Shown: positions 12,701 through 22,031 of the stretch, piece after piece | How the letters are laid out: each line of letters begins with the position of its first letter | Numbering within the stretch: position 1 is the first letter of the stretch | Assembly (NCBI GenBank): GCA_963847625.1 | Contig: CAWKAR010000025.1 | Span: 1-64,000 of the forward strand | Source: a candidate division FCPU426 bacterium | Lineage (GTDB): Bacteria > Oederibacteriota > Muellerivitia > Muellerivitales > Muellerivitaceae | Reading direction: 5' to 3' | Length of the DNA: 64,000 bases | Program-made: the position numbers and the translations under genes | The notes under the pieces: generated by a model | Database searches by the model: none | Told to the model about the DNA's origin: nothing | Seen by the model: the letters and a program-made list of their open reading frames with translations, nothing else

Positions 12701-14954
12701 AACTGACGCCGCCGCTTCCTCCGGTTACCATCGGCAAGTCCTGCACCGTGACACCCCCGCCTGAGGTGTCATAGGTGGTTTGGGCCACGTAGGGGTTACC
12801 TGTGCTTCCGCACATGTTCACGCCTGCGCTGATGTCGTAAAGGAAATAGTCCACCCGGTAGTTTCCCAGGTAGATGTCCTCCATGGATTCGTTATAGAAA
12901 CGAAAACCGGTTTCAAAATTGGACGCTGCGGTGGGGCTGGAGGGGCCGCCACCGTTCGTGAACTGCACAAACACCTGGGGCCGGGCGCGGTTCAGGCGCT
13001 CGTGAGAACCGTTTTTATAGGTGAGAGTGAAAGTAACGGTGTCTCCGGCGTTGACCGTGGTCGCGCTGGCGGATTTTGCCGTGGACAGGGCGCAATCCAC
13101 CACATCCACGTAATTCATTTTATAGGTGGCGGAGGCCACGTCCGGATAGGGGGAGGCGGTCTTGCCCACTCCGTTCGTCGCGCCTATGCTCGGGGCGTTG
13201 ATGACAGTCTGACCTGAGGTGGCGCCGGAGGCGACTGTCATGTTCAGGGTGATGGTGGCGGACGCGCCGACCGCCACGCTGCCGATATTCCAATAAATCA
13301 CTCCCCCGGAGGCCGTGCTTCCGCTGTTGTAGGCGGGCGAGGAGGAAACATAAGTGGCGTTGGTGGGGATAGTATCCGCAATGGTTACGCCCGTGGCCGC
13401 CACCGCACCCACGTTCTTGTAAACCAGGGTATAGGTCAATGTGTCGCCGGGACAACCGACGGTCTTACTTACATCCTCCGAAATCTTCATCACAGCCTGG
13501 CCCCACTGGTTGTCACAGGGCCACGGAAAATTGCCCGTGTTGATGAGAAGCCCTAAAATGTCCAGGTCATTGTTGAAGTAAAGGAGCGATGTGGGCGCAT
13601 AGTCGGAACCTGCAGCTTGTCCTGCCAATTGGTAGGTGGAGGCCACGCGATAAGCCTGGTTTGCAAAGGTCTGGTCGCCCGAACCCGTGGCGACTGCCGC
13701 CTGGGTGCCCATGGTCCACTGGCCCAGAGTTCCCGTGCCCCAAGTGCCGTTGGTATTCCACGATTGGGTCACGTTCCATAATTTATTGGAACCATTGATC
13801 CCGATGTTCCCTCCCCCTGCCTTGAATGAAGCGCTGCTATTGGTGATGAAAGTCTGCAGGGTGGTGTTTCCGTTGTAGACCACATCCATCACGTAGCGCC
13901 AAGGCCCGCGCTGGCCCTCGGCACTGCCGGTGGTGCCTGAGTAGCTAAAGCCGGTGGGTGCGCTGGTGGTGCTTTCCCCGTTATAGCTCATGGTGTCGGA
14001 ATTGAAACCGTGGTTTCCCGCGGCCGCGTCCGCCGCCGCGATGGCCGAGGCCGTGTTATTGGCCACCGTGACCCATTCCGAGAGGGGCCGGTACGTGCAG
14101 GTATTGCCCGAGAAATAGGTGCCCCAGCATCGGTAATAGCCGGGGTCCAGGTAATCCGCGTAAACGCTTCCCGCCACGCCGCTCATAGCGAAGGTGTCGC
14201 CGCTGCCGACATAATTCCACATGTCCACATTCCTGAACCAGGTCGATCCGGCCGAGGACCCCGGCGCCGGGGTGGTGTAATCCAGCATGGAGCAAATCAT
14301 GCTTTGGGCCTCGGCGCAGTAATTAATCGTCCCCCCGGAACCCCACTGTTTACAGGCCATGAGAAGCGCCATGGCAATGTCCTCGTCCCCGTCCGTGGCC
14401 GAATCGCATCCATTCACGCTAAAAGGCGAAGCCTCGCTGACATTCCAACTCATCTGGTAGTCCGTGTACGAATCGCATTTATTGACCGACTTGAGCGCGT
14501 AAGTCTTGACGAACTCGTAGAGACCGTCAAAAAGGGGCTTGTCTGCAAAAGAAGCGGCGATGAGCATGGAATAACCCGTGCCCTCAGAGAGGACGTTACC
14601 GCCGTTGGTGCCGCCATTGCAGAAATTAGCGATCATGGGGATGCCGTTGGCGCTGACCCCGATGTATTCCACTTCGGAGTTGATGTAAAGGTCGTAATAT
14701 TTCTGCCACATGGCCGTCATGTCCGAGTCGGTGACGCCTTCGGGCTTGGCGATCAAACCGTTGGGGGGCGCAAGGTATTCACCGAAAGGATGTTGGGGAT
14801 TGCCGCTGTTGATGTTGCCGTTGGGATAGACCGAGCCATAGGTGGCTCCATGAGCCTGGGCCCAGGCGTTTGGAGTATTTTCGAGGAATAAACCGGAAAA
14901 AAGCACCCCTACGAGGAGATAAGGTATAAAACGTTTCTTAAAGACAAAAGACAT
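6795..14954 (-). CDS. Giant secreted GH8 glycoside hydrolase, paralog B (2719 aa: GH8, DUF11 repeats, CBM3-like, jelly-roll domain, Thr/Pro linker, NHL propeller, FlgD-Ig/T9SS-like C-terminal domain)
   Basis: Signal peptide; [10 protein letters not shown] and [24 protein letters not shown]11-type [13 protein letters not shown] repeats; NHL-type LYxPxG...LIVADxxNNRVLIY repeats; C-terminal IRYSL...[13 protein letters not shown]...[16 protein letters not shown]. Confidence 0.92.
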   Translation of the reverse strand: MSFVFKKRFIPYLLVGVLFSGLFLENTPNAWAQAHGATYGSVYPNGNINSGNPQHPFGEYLAPPNGLIAKPEGVTDSDMTAMWQKYYDLYINSEVEYIGVSANGIPMIANFCNGGTNGGNVLSEGTGYSMLIAASFADKPLFDGLYEFVKTYALKSVNKCDSYTDYQMSWNVSEASPFSVNGCDSATDGDEDIAMALLMACKQWGSGGTINYCAEAQSMICSMLDYTTPAPGSSAGSTWFRNVDMWNYVGSGDTFAMSGVAGSVYADYLDPGYYRCWGTYFSGNTCTYRPLSEWVTVANNTASAIAAADAAAGNHGFNSDTMSYNGESTTSAPTGFSYSGTTGSAEGQRGPWRYVMDVVYNGNTTLQTFITNSSASFKAGGGNIGINGSNKLWNVTQSWNTNGTWGTGTLGQWTMGTQAAVATGSGDQTFANQAYRVASTYQLAGQAAGSDYAPTSLLYFNNDLDILGLLINTGNFPWPCDNQWGQAVMKISEDVSKTVGCPGDTLTYTLVYKNVGAVAATGVTIADTIPTNATYVSSSPAYNSGSTASGGVIYWNIGSVAVGASATITLNMTVASGATSGQTVINAPSIGATNGVGKTASPYPDVASATYKMNYVDVVDCALSTAKSASATTVNAGDTVTFTLTYKNGSHERLNRARPQVFVQFTNGGGPSSPTAASNFETGFRFYNESMEDIYLGNYRVDYFLYDISAGVNMCGSTGNPYVAQTTYDTSGGGVTVQDLPMVTGGSGGVSWNQKLVMKWNGGVTIPNMPSSLLVDRYLIQQWNGDGGQVQTYINWSRQAGTINVTDDYSYVSEASTVHIKTNTSDPAGYADPNNGPGTAAVTSMLVEEWDGTVWRAVAGNAPYYGRDVLKAVLADTLNSNFTFCGFINPPCDAVTGVNGNAISWVWPDLMATESGTVTYCAIVKSSVAACTTIPNVATLSDPLGVEKTATSNTVTITVACTPIPTPTPTPAEITKSANPTTVNPGGNVTYTLVYTNKNSGASAETFPGTTLSGWVTVAGTLPLSDWVPGNGNGAVTLNAWGNSGIVKTGAYGTNGTLSFTLYEPSSQPGGAILRQSGNSFYYVFINGNTYPNAATVDLLYTTNAGSSFTTIGTGSFVGPNNGTSGTTGPINVQVVLNGSSIQVYVSTNGGPYNLDLSVTDSSLAGPGNFGLYGQATGEIFTNFSLLADYAGSVTIYDTIPANMTYVSGGTDTGGVVSFSAGNMAIGASVTETFVVQVSGSATSGTVIPNIGTMSAGDRSPENSLTAYVTVSGAPVATATPTRSPTSTPTVSSTSTPTPSPTSTSTLTRTNTVTNTNTPTPSPSPTNTPTPTPTRTNTPTNTVTNTYTPTPSPTPTPTPTRTNTATNTNTPTPSPSPTNTPTPTRTNSPTNTVTNTYTPTPSPTLTSTLTRTNTATSTNTPTSSPTATNTPTPTPTRTNSPTPTNTNTPTPTSTATNTPTPTPTRTNSPTPTNTNTPTPTSTATNTPTPTPTRTNSPTSTATNTYTSTNTPTPTNTPTPTPTRTNTPTPTVTNTVTLTPTGTQSPTNTSTNTPTRTNTPTQTNTPTSTPTATNTRTNTATNTVTNTYTSTLTPTPTSTATNTPTPTSTRTNTPTNTVINTYTPTPTSTATNTLTSTPTRTNTPTPTNSNTPTPTSTATNTPTPTSTRTNSPTPTNTNTPTLTNTPTNTPTPTSTRTNSPTPTNTNTPTLTNTPTNTPTPTSTRTNSPTPTNTNTPTLTNTPTNTPTPTSTRTNTPTNTATNTATNTSTATPSPTVTNTVTLTPTGTQSPTNTPTNSPTRTNTPTVTNTSTATNTPTPTPSRTNTATNTVTNTYTASSTPTPSNTPTSTNTRTNTPTVTATNTPTVTLTPTGTQSPTSTSTDSPTRTNTPTATNTNTPTNTPTPTPTRTNTPTSTVTNTYTASNTPTSTNTWTNTYTPTNTRTNTPTSTVTNTATNTSTATPSPTVTNTRTHTPTVTLTPTGTQSPTSTPTDSPTRTNTPTVTATNTPSNTATVTNTYIATSSPTQTFTRTDTATPTQTNTATPSYTPTETNTQTPTSTQTSTYTQTSTRTQTNTYTASNTPTQTSTRTDTPTPTLTNTPGETDTLTPTNTKTPTNTYTTSNTPTSTSTPTETFTTTQTSTTTATKTPTNTYTASNTATETFTATQTSTTTVTKTPTSTPTPTYTRTPVPTATDTCTWTPTNSPTPTVTPPPTATPVPGCGGCSLTTNQSANFVVGQAALTLNATSPVNAGSLYRPEGVFQAGNDLIVADSMANRVLVYSPIPSVIHPSAVQVIGQSTFTGSVTNQGVSVNSNTLYLPLGIWSDGTMLIVADEGNNRVLIYSNIGSLAVTNGSADVVIGQADMVSSKANRGVTTTPGANTLYAPDGVFYDGQRLFISDMDNNRILVYNSLPSANGASADEVIGQSNFTSQTGDGGLTSATSQGLVTPRGLWVDSGNLYVADAGNNRILIYNNGGNGIDSLAGNNPPADAVVGQVSYTTSAKGCSATQLSGPMGVCGVNCQLYISDTGNDRVLIYNQIPTGTANPPAVGVLGQANMITNTSSTTTKANDFINPWNLQAVGGMLYVTDLNEDRLMAFQCAAGTGASSNVKEVVMKETTPTPPVTGAMLGSVVAGPNISRGGGTVEIRYSLGQAAKVTLRIYTVTGELVYEKGVEGNAGANKLAWGVRNQGGEAVASGLYVYALQAEGGNGIARKTGKILVLH
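8077..10967. repeat. Long direct repeat of 1-3058 (linker plus start of the NHL module shared by both GH8 paralogs)
   Basis: Near-identical DNA. The offset steps 8076, 8077, 8245, 7909, reflecting one 1-bp indel and 84-bp copy-number changes. Confidence 0.97.
9712..9963. repeat. Three 84-bp tandem units in the paralog B linker (single copy in paralog A)
   Basis: Units start at 9712, 9796 and 9880; peptide [28 protein letters not shown] occurs three times. Confidence 0.93.
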
Positions 14955-15271
14955 TTTTTCACCAAAATTTTAATGGAAAAGCGGATTAAGCTTAAAAGGT
15001 TTTTAGGGGAGTAGATCCCTAAAAAAGAGGCTTTTCCCGGTGTGATTGCTCCCCTTCAAGGGGCAGGTATAGTGAAACGTTGAATTTAAAACGTTCTCAA
15101 GGGTAATTTTCCTGCTAAATGACGGGTATGTAAAGGTTAGTTCAGGAGATTTTGGTATCGGTTTTATCGAGAAAATAAACACAATTTCCCTTAATTTGTT
15201 TATATTTAGCTTTTTTTGGTCAAAAAAATACCCTTTCTTCCAAATATATTAACTTATGAAAGCCCTTTTAT

Positions 15272-15285
15272 CGTAACCGGTTTCA
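15272..15285. promoter_or_regulatory. Candidate LacI-family operator upstream of GH8 paralog B
   Basis: CGTAACCGGTTTCA (minus strand TGAAACCGGTTACG) is a near-palindrome with the central AACCGGTT pattern common in LacI-family sites. Confidence 0.4.
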
Positions 15286-15787
15286 GATTTTTCCCATTGG
15301 GTATCCATTCATGACCGTTAATTGATTTTTTTCTCGGTCATTGACAATCACCCATTGGGCAGTTCCCAGGGGAATACTAATTTAAACCTGAAACTTTTTT
15401 TCCATGAAGAAAGATTGTCATTAAAAAATATTTGAAATATTCCAGAATAGATATGGTTTGAATAGGTTTTTACAAAAGTTTATTTATGAACCCTAATATT
15501 CCTCTTGGTTTTTAATTGACCCTAGCCTTTATGCAAATTAACAGATGGATTTTTTTCCGGAAAACGGTAACAACCTATTGAAAAACACAAATATAATTTT
15601 GATAATTGTAGGACCAAGAAATGATAAAAAAAAATAAGGAATCTGTCGCACATTTCAGCTTAGAACGCAATGATCTATCGGTTTCTTTTAGAGTTTTAAA
15701 TCGGAAAAAAATAGGATTAAGCGACAAGCTTGAAGATTTATCAATTAACGAATAGACGAGGTTATTATTTCTGGAACCAGGAAAAAG

Positions 15788-15834
15788 AAAAATGCCGGAA
15801 GCAGCTGAAATTTAGCGCTTCTGGCATTTTTTTT
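15788..15834. terminator. Intrinsic terminator downstream of the Pro/Ala-rich gene, probably bidirectional
   Basis: AAAAATGCCGGAAGC...GCTTCTGGCATTTTT hairpin with A and T tracts, directly after the stop at 15833. Confidence 0.8.
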
Positions 15835-18679
15835 ATTTATTACGAGAATCTGGGTTCTGGTTACCCAAATCGTCAATGGGGGGTAAATCCAGATCCTTGG
15901 GAGGTTTCAAGTCTGAATCCTGAAGGGGAGGCAGGGCCAAGTTAGAGTCTCCAGCGGGCGGAGCCGGATTTGTGTTCCCATTGGAAGGAGCCGACTGGTT
16001 TGAAGTCCCATTTCCAGTGGTAGAAGCCGGAAGGTTCGGGCTTAAATCCATGGGTGGAGCTTGCATGCCGTCAATGCTTCCATTCACACCTTGTAGCGCA
16101 TTGAGCGCCTTTTGCTGGTTAGCTGTGGGTTGGGTATTTGTAGTTGATGCCGCCGGTACAGTACTCGCATTAGGAGCCGGGGATGCTATCGTTGAGGCCG
16201 GAGCAACAGGAGGCGCTTCCAGATTCGGAAGGGCTTCAAGCCCTGGAGGGGCTTCTAAAACGGGAGGAGTAACAACATTAGTCGTAGAAGCGGGGGGAAC
16301 AGGTACGTTGACGTTTGCCGCGGGAGCCGGCGGTGCTGTGGATAGTGCCGGGGCAACAGGTGGATGGGCGCCACTAACGGCAGCGGGAGGAGCTTCCAAA
16401 CCCGGAGGCGCCTCAAGCCCTGGAGGGGCTTCTAAACTGGGCGGAGCGGTCAATTCGGTACTAGGTGGTGAAGGAACCGCCGCATTGGTATTAGCCGCGG
16501 AGGCTGGCGGTACGGCGGAAGGTGCCGGGGCAGCGGGTGGATTAGCGCTAGTAGCGGCAGTGGGAGGAGCCTCCAGGCCCGGAGGGGCCTCAAGTCCTGG
16601 AAGAGTTTCTAAACTGGGCGGAGCGGTCGCTTCGGTACCAGGAGGGGGCGGAAGCGCCTCATTGGCATTAGCTGGGGGAATCGGTGGTGCGGCGGAAGGC
16701 GCAGACACATTGATACCGGCGGCTGGGGGGCCTTCCAAACCGGGGGGGGCCTCAAGTCCTGGAGGAGCTTCTAAACTAGGTGGAGCGGTCGTTTCGATGC
16801 CTGGTGGAGGCGGAAGCGCCTCATTGGCATTAGCCGCAGGAACCGGTGGCACAGCGGAAGGCGCTGGAACAACGGGTGGATTGGCGCCCGCGGCGGCAGG
16901 AGGAGCCTCAAGTGCCGGGGGAGCTTCGATATCCGGTGGCGGAGGAACCGTTTCGTTGCCTGGAACGGCAGGCTCATTTGCGGCTGCTACGGGGGGAGCT
17001 TCCAAACTCGGAGGAGCCTCTAGGCCAGGAGGAGGAGGCAGCGCATTTGCTGCTGCTGTGGGAGGAGCTTCCAGGCCCGTAGGAGCCTCTAAGCCGGGAG
17101 GAGACGGCAGCGCATTTTCGCCCGGAGGGGGAGGCAATTCAACGTTTGCGGCAACCGGAGTGGATGCAGCGGCGGCAGGTGGAGGAACATTGGGTGCATT
17201 GGCTTCCGGAACGCTCTGGAGAGCGGCTGGCAATTCAGGCACTGCTGGCGCTTCAGGATTGGCGACCGCAGGTACTTCAATGGCTGGCGGTTGCGCAGTA
17301 GCTTGTGCGGGTGTGGCGGCCTCCGGCTGGGCGGCAGGGACGTTAGCCGTCGCGGCAAAATGCTGTTCCGGTGGCAATGCCAAGGGCTTCAACTTGTGCG
17401 GCGCCGGAGGCAAAGGTTTCACAGTGGCCACTCCGGACACGACTACAGGTGCTACTGGAACGGACGCCGCTTCTGGGGCGGGTGCTACGGCTGAGGGTGT
17501 AACTGGGGCGGCCGGAGGAGCTTCAGCATGGGGCGCTGGGGCAGCTGTTGCAGCTGGTGGGGCGGGAGCAGCAGCTTCAGCTGGCAACGGTGGAACAGCA
17601 GGCGCTTCGGGAGCAACTGCTTCGGCCGCGGGTGGGGCGGCAGGCAAAGCTACTGGTGGAGCAGGGGCGGCGGTTTCAGCCGGCAAGGGTGGAACTGATG
17701 GCGCCTCAGGAGCGGTGGCAACAGTCGCTGGCGGGACAGCGGGAGCGGCGGCTTTGGCTTGGGCCGCCTCAACTCCCCTCTTACTCTTTAAGGCTTCCAA
17801 TCCTTCCTGCTCTCTCAATTTTTTCAGGGCCAGCTTTTGTTCCTTCTCTTGCTTATTTTCCTTGGCAATCTGTGCCTTGGACATTGCGATGGTGATTTCT
17901 GGAATTTGGTTCCGGACAAACGCCCTCTGGATTTCTTTCAGGGTTTTCATGGGGCTGACATCGACCAATCCCTGGATCTTGGCTTTCACGGTAGCCAAGT
18001 CGTTGGATCCCCAGTAATTCCCCGCCAACTTATAGGAAGGCGTGTTGTTGACTACTTCCACCTGGTTGTCCCTGACGATGTTGTTGATGAATTGGAATTC
18101 GGAAAAACTTTTCAAATATAGGCCGTAGGTGTTTTGCGTGATGGTGTTATACGAGATCAAGGCTTTGACCTTGCCGTCTGAAACCAAACCCGCGGCGTTC
18201 CCGTAGAGCTTGTTGTTTTTTAAATGGGCTACCGTGCCCCCTTGGAGGTAGACGCCACTCCCCCGGGTGACTTCGGACCATTCCATTTTGAGTTTGGCGT
18301 CATTGGCCAAAAAGACGCCGCTGACAATTTTAGCGTTGACGAGATTGGCTTCCCCGCCGTTGATAAAAAGCTTGCTCTGGAGTCCGCCTTCTTCCATATG
18401 GAACACGGCCGGATTCGCCTCCGAGCCATCCACGTTTAAGATTCCGTCCACTTCCAACTCGGCGGTTCCCTGGAAAACCACCTTGACTCCCTTGCCGATA
18501 TGAAGCGTGACTCCCTTGGGGACCACGACCTTTCCGGAAATCTGGTAAGGATTACCGCCGACTTCCCATTGGGTATCGGAGAGAAGGGATGGTGGGACTG
18601 CCGTGTCGGCATGGATAGAAAGGGTCAAAAATGAAAGCAACAGAAAAAGCGGGAAAACCAGGCTGATGGATCGCTTCAT
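15833..18679 (-). CDS. Secreted protein with an N-terminal right-handed parallel beta-helix, a short coiled coil and a long Pro/Ala-rich repeat tail
   Basis: Signal peptide; W...NPYQISGKVVVPKGVTLHIGKGVKVVF; YNTITQNTYGLYL; GNYWG; then about 600 aa rich in LEAPP repeats. Confidence 0.85.
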   Translation of the reverse strand: MKRSISLVFPLFLLLSFLTLSIHADTAVPPSLLSDTQWEVGGNPYQISGKVVVPKGVTLHIGKGVKVVFQGTAELEVDGILNVDGSEANPAVFHMEEGGLQSKLFINGGEANLVNAKIVSGVFLANDAKLKMEWSEVTRGSGVYLQGGTVAHLKNNKLYGNAAGLVSDGKVKALISYNTITQNTYGLYLKSFSEFQFINNIVRDNQVEVVNNTPSYKLAGNYWGSNDLATVKAKIQGLVDVSPMKTLKEIQRAFVRNQIPEITIAMSKAQIAKENKQEKEQKLALKKLREQEGLEALKSKRGVEAAQAKAAAPAVPPATVATAPEAPSVPPLPAETAAPAPPVALPAAPPAAEAVAPEAPAVPPLPAEAAAPAPPAATAAPAPHAEAPPAAPVTPSAVAPAPEAASVPVAPVVVSGVATVKPLPPAPHKLKPLALPPEQHFAATANVPAAQPEAATPAQATAQPPAIEVPAVANPEAPAVPELPAALQSVPEANAPNVPPPAAAASTPVAANVELPPPPGENALPSPPGLEAPTGLEAPPTAAANALPPPPGLEAPPSLEAPPVAAANEPAVPGNETVPPPPDIEAPPALEAPPAAAGANPPVVPAPSAVPPVPAANANEALPPPPGIETTAPPSLEAPPGLEAPPGLEGPPAAGINVSAPSAAPPIPPANANEALPPPPGTEATAPPSLETLPGLEAPPGLEAPPTAATSANPPAAPAPSAVPPASAANTNAAVPSPPSTELTAPPSLEAPPGLEAPPGLEAPPAAVSGAHPPVAPALSTAPPAPAANVNVPVPPASTTNVVTPPVLEAPPGLEALPNLEAPPVAPASTIASPAPNASTVPAASTTNTQPTANQQKALNALQGVNGSIDGMQAPPMDLSPNLPASTTGNGTSNQSAPSNGNTNPAPPAGDSNLALPPLQDSDLKPPKDLDLPPIDDLGNQNPDSRNK

Positions 18680-19041
18680 AAAGTTTCTTAACCCCGAATG
18701 AATGGATTTTAGGCCAAGCCCAACCCACGACTCAAACGGCCGAAAAACGCAAGTACTATAACATATAAAACACAGTTCCTGAAATCACAAACCGACGGCA
18801 AAACAAGGAATTTCTGGTTATAAAAGACCGTTGAGAAAGCGTATCCATCCTACGGTTTTTACCCAGGCTGACCGCTTGGTTCGGTATTATTTTTACTCTT
18901 TCACGGCCTGTAAAACATTAAAACAGCAACAGAGCCTGGCGTAAAATCCCGCTTTTTACGTTTTTGCTGCATTAATACCACAATAAAACTCGATTGCCAT
19001 AGCGCTCAAAACCGAATGATGTGATAGGTTCAATCCTTCGA

Positions 19042-21816
19042 TTATTTCGAAGAATATTCCTTGGCGCTTTTTTTCGAATGCTTGAGTGCGGCCTGGGCCG
19101 CGGCCAAGCGAGCGATTGGAACCCGGTAAGGTGAACAGGAAACATAATTCAACCCCACTAGATGGCAGAACTCCACCGAGTTAGGGTCACCACCGTGTTC
19201 ACCGCAGATGCCCACCTTGAGTTTAGGCCGCACCGAGCGGCCCTTTTCCACCGCCATCTTTACCAATTGTCCCACCCCGCCACGATCGAGGACTTGGAAG
19301 GGATCCTTCTCGCAGATGCCGTGGTCGATGTAATAACGGATGATCTTCCCAGTGTCATCTCTTGAGAACCCGAAGGTAGTTTGGGTCAGATCGTTGGTGC
19401 CAAAACTGAAAAATTCCGCTTCAGAAGCGATCTGATCTGCCGTGACAGCCGCCCGGGGAAGCTCGATCATGGTCCCGATCATGTACTCCAGTTTAAGCCC
19501 AAACTTTTTGATGGTCTCTTCGGCCTTCTTAATGACGATGGCCTTCTGGTTCTTGAGTTCCGCCACATCCCCCACCAGGGGAATCATAATTTCTGGAACG
19601 ATTTTTTTACCCTTCTTCACCAGTTCGCAAGCCGCCGAAATGACAGCCTCAGTCTGCATCTCGGTGATTTCAGGATAAGTGATACCCAGGCGGCAACCGC
19701 GATGCCCGAGCATGGGATTAAACTCGTGAAGCTCCTCCACCCGCTGCAGGAGCTTCTTGGCTTTGTCAAGGTCTGAGCCCCTTTCGCTCACCAGCTCCAG
19801 GGCCTTCTTAATCACCTCGTTGGAGGTCGTACTTTTACCGGTGGCTTCCATCTTGGCGATCTCCACCATTAATTCCTCCCGCTTGGGGAGAAACTCGTGC
19901 AGGGGGGGGTCCAGGAACCGGACCGTGACCGGGTCGCCCTCCATGGCCTCAAAGAGGCCCAGAAAATCGGACTTCTGCATGGGCAGGAGTGCCTCCAGGG
20001 CCTTGCGGCGGGATGGCTCGTCGGTGGCCAAAATCATCGTCTGCATATGTGGCAAGCGGTCCTCGTCGAAAAACATGTGCTCGGTCCGGCACAGGCCGAT
20101 ACCTTGGGCACCGAAATAACGTGCAACTTTTGCATCCCGTGGAATGTCAGCGTTTGCCCGCACTTTGAGGGTACGAATGGCATCCGCCCAACCCATGAGG
20201 GTGGCGAAATCACCCGAGAGCTCGGCGTCTTGGGTGGGAACTTTCCCCCGGATCACTTCGCCGGTTGATCCGTTGAGGGAGATCCAATCCCCTTCCTTGA
20301 TGGTAGTGCCGTTGACCGTGAAAAGACGGTTGTGTTCGTCAACCCTAATGGCCTCGCAACCAGCCACACAGGTCTTTCCCATACCACGGGCCACGACCGC
20401 CGCATGGCTGGTCATTCCGCCCCGGCCGGTGAGGATACCCTCGGAGGCATCCATTCCATGGATGTCATCAGGCGAGGTTTCCAATCGGACTAGGACGACT
20501 TTTTTACCCGCCAGTTTCCATTCCACGGCGATCTCCGCCGTGAAGACTGCCTGTCCCGAAGCCGCACCGGGTGAAGCTGGAAGGCCGTTGGTGATGACCT
20601 CTTTTTTGGCCTTGGGGTCGAAAACCGGGTGCAACAGCTGGTCCAATTGGATAGGCTCCACCCTTAAAAGAGCCTCCTCTTTAGTAATGAGCTTTTCGCT
20701 CACCATGTCCACTGCGATCTTCACAGCAGCGGCCGCCGTTCGCTTGCCCGTGCGGGTCTGAAGCATGAACAACTTGCCCTTCTCGATGGTGAATTCGAAA
20801 TCTTGAACATCCCGGTAATGTTTTTCGAGCTTTTTAGTGGTCTCGTAGAGCTGCTGGAAGACTTTGGGCATGTCCTTTTCCAGATGGGCAATAGGCTGAG
20901 GGGTGCGTACACCCGCCACCACGTCCTCCCCTTGGGCGTTCAAGAGGTACTCCCCGTAGAACTTCTTCTCGCCGGTGGCGGGATTCCTCGTGAATCCAAC
21001 ACCGGTGCCAGAGTCCTCACCCATGTTGCCGAACACCATGGATTGGACGTTCACGGCGGTGCCGATGTTGGAGGGAATATCGTTTTGCTTGCGGTAATAG
21101 ATGGCACGGTCGTTCATCCAGGAACGAAACACGGCGTCCCGGGCGCCACGCAGCTGGGTCATGACATCCTGAGGGAACTCGCTGCCAGTCTTCTCCTTAA
21201 TAAGCTTCTTAAATTTTGACACCAAGTCCCTCAAATCGGCAGCGGAAAGCGCGGTGTCAAGCTTGACGCCTTTCTCTTCCTTCGTCTTGTCGATGGCGCG
21301 CTCGAAGACTTCCTTGCCCATTTCCATGACCACATTGCCGTACATCTGCACGAAACGGCGGTAAGAGTCCCAGGCAAAGCGCTCGTTGTTGGTGGAGGCG
21401 ATCACACCCTTTACGGTCTCATCGTTAAGACCTAGGTTCAGGATAGTGTCCATCATACCAGGCATAGAAAACTTTGCGCCCGAGCGCACAGAAACCAAAA
21501 GAGGATTATTGCGGTCGCCGAATTTCTTCCCCAGGGTTTTCTCCAGGCGGGCCAAATGGTCCTGCATTTCTTTATCGATGACGGGCGGGACCTTCTTTCC
21601 ACTCACGTAGTAAATTCGGCAGGTCTCGGTGCAAATGGTGAATCCCGGGGGGACGGGGACGCCGGCGTTGGTCATCTCGGCCAGTCCCGCGCCCTTCCCA
21701 CCCAATACATCTTTCATGGTTCCCTGGCCCTCGGCCTTTCCATTCCCGAAGAAATAGACGAATTTTTTGGTTTTCGAACCGGATTTGGACGACGATTTTT
21801 TCGCGGCTTTCGGCAT
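19042..21816 (-). CDS. ppdK: Pyruvate, phosphate dikinase
   Basis: LGGKGAGLAEM, SVRSGAKFSMPGMMDT, GGMTSHAAVVARG (phospho-His), GICGEHGG. Start taken at MPKAAKK behind a GGAGG RBS. Confidence 0.98.
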   Translation of the reverse strand: MPKAAKKSSSKSGSKTKKFVYFFGNGKAEGQGTMKDVLGGKGAGLAEMTNAGVPVPPGFTICTETCRIYYVSGKKVPPVIDKEMQDHLARLEKTLGKKFGDRNNPLLVSVRSGAKFSMPGMMDTILNLGLNDETVKGVIASTNNERFAWDSYRRFVQMYGNVVMEMGKEVFERAIDKTKEEKGVKLDTALSAADLRDLVSKFKKLIKEKTGSEFPQDVMTQLRGARDAVFRSWMNDRAIYYRKQNDIPSNIGTAVNVQSMVFGNMGEDSGTGVGFTRNPATGEKKFYGEYLLNAQGEDVVAGVRTPQPIAHLEKDMPKVFQQLYETTKKLEKHYRDVQDFEFTIEKGKLFMLQTRTGKRTAAAAVKIAVDMVSEKLITKEEALLRVEPIQLDQLLHPVFDPKAKKEVITNGLPASPGAASGQAVFTAEIAVEWKLAGKKVVLVRLETSPDDIHGMDASEGILTGRGGMTSHAAVVARGMGKTCVAGCEAIRVDEHNRLFTVNGTTIKEGDWISLNGSTGEVIRGKVPTQDAELSGDFATLMGWADAIRTLKVRANADIPRDAKVARYFGAQGIGLCRTEHMFFDEDRLPHMQTMILATDEPSRRKALEALLPMQKSDFLGLFEAMEGDPVTVRFLDPPLHEFLPKREELMVEIAKMEATGKSTTSNEVIKKALELVSERGSDLDKAKKLLQRVEELHEFNPMLGHRGCRLGITYPEITEMQTEAVISAACELVKKGKKIVPEIMIPLVGDVAELKNQKAIVIKKAEETIKKFGLKLEYMIGTMIELPRAAVTADQIASEAEFFSFGTNDLTQTTFGFSRDDTGKIIRYYIDHGICEKDPFQVLDRGGVGQLVKMAVEKGRSVRPKLKVGICGEHGGDPNSVEFCHLVGLNYVSCSPYRVPIARLAAAQAALKHSKKSAKEYSSK

Positions 21817-22031
21817 GTGAATCCTCCCTGGCAGGCTGAAAAAATTTTTTACCAATTTAACGTGAGACTACTGACCCGCATTTCTCAGCGGAACAAAATT
21901 TGGCAGACCTTAAAAATGGCCCTCATTGTAGCAGACCGTTTTTCCTTTTCAATGACGGCCGCCCTAGGTTTCCAGGCGGGACTCGTAACGATAAACTTCT
22001 TGCCATTTAGGCGAAAACCGGTCGATTTAAT

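Noticed and set aside
14955..15830. Riboswitch or ORF in the long AT-rich region upstream of GH8 paralog B
   Set aside because: Hairpins are present, but I could not match c-di-GMP, cobalamin, TPP, SAM or other consensus motifs, and there is no credible ORF.
15972..18017. 681-aa Gly/Ala-rich plus-strand ORF
   Set aside because: Antisense shadow of the Pro/Ala-rich gene, which has the signal peptide and recognisable domain.
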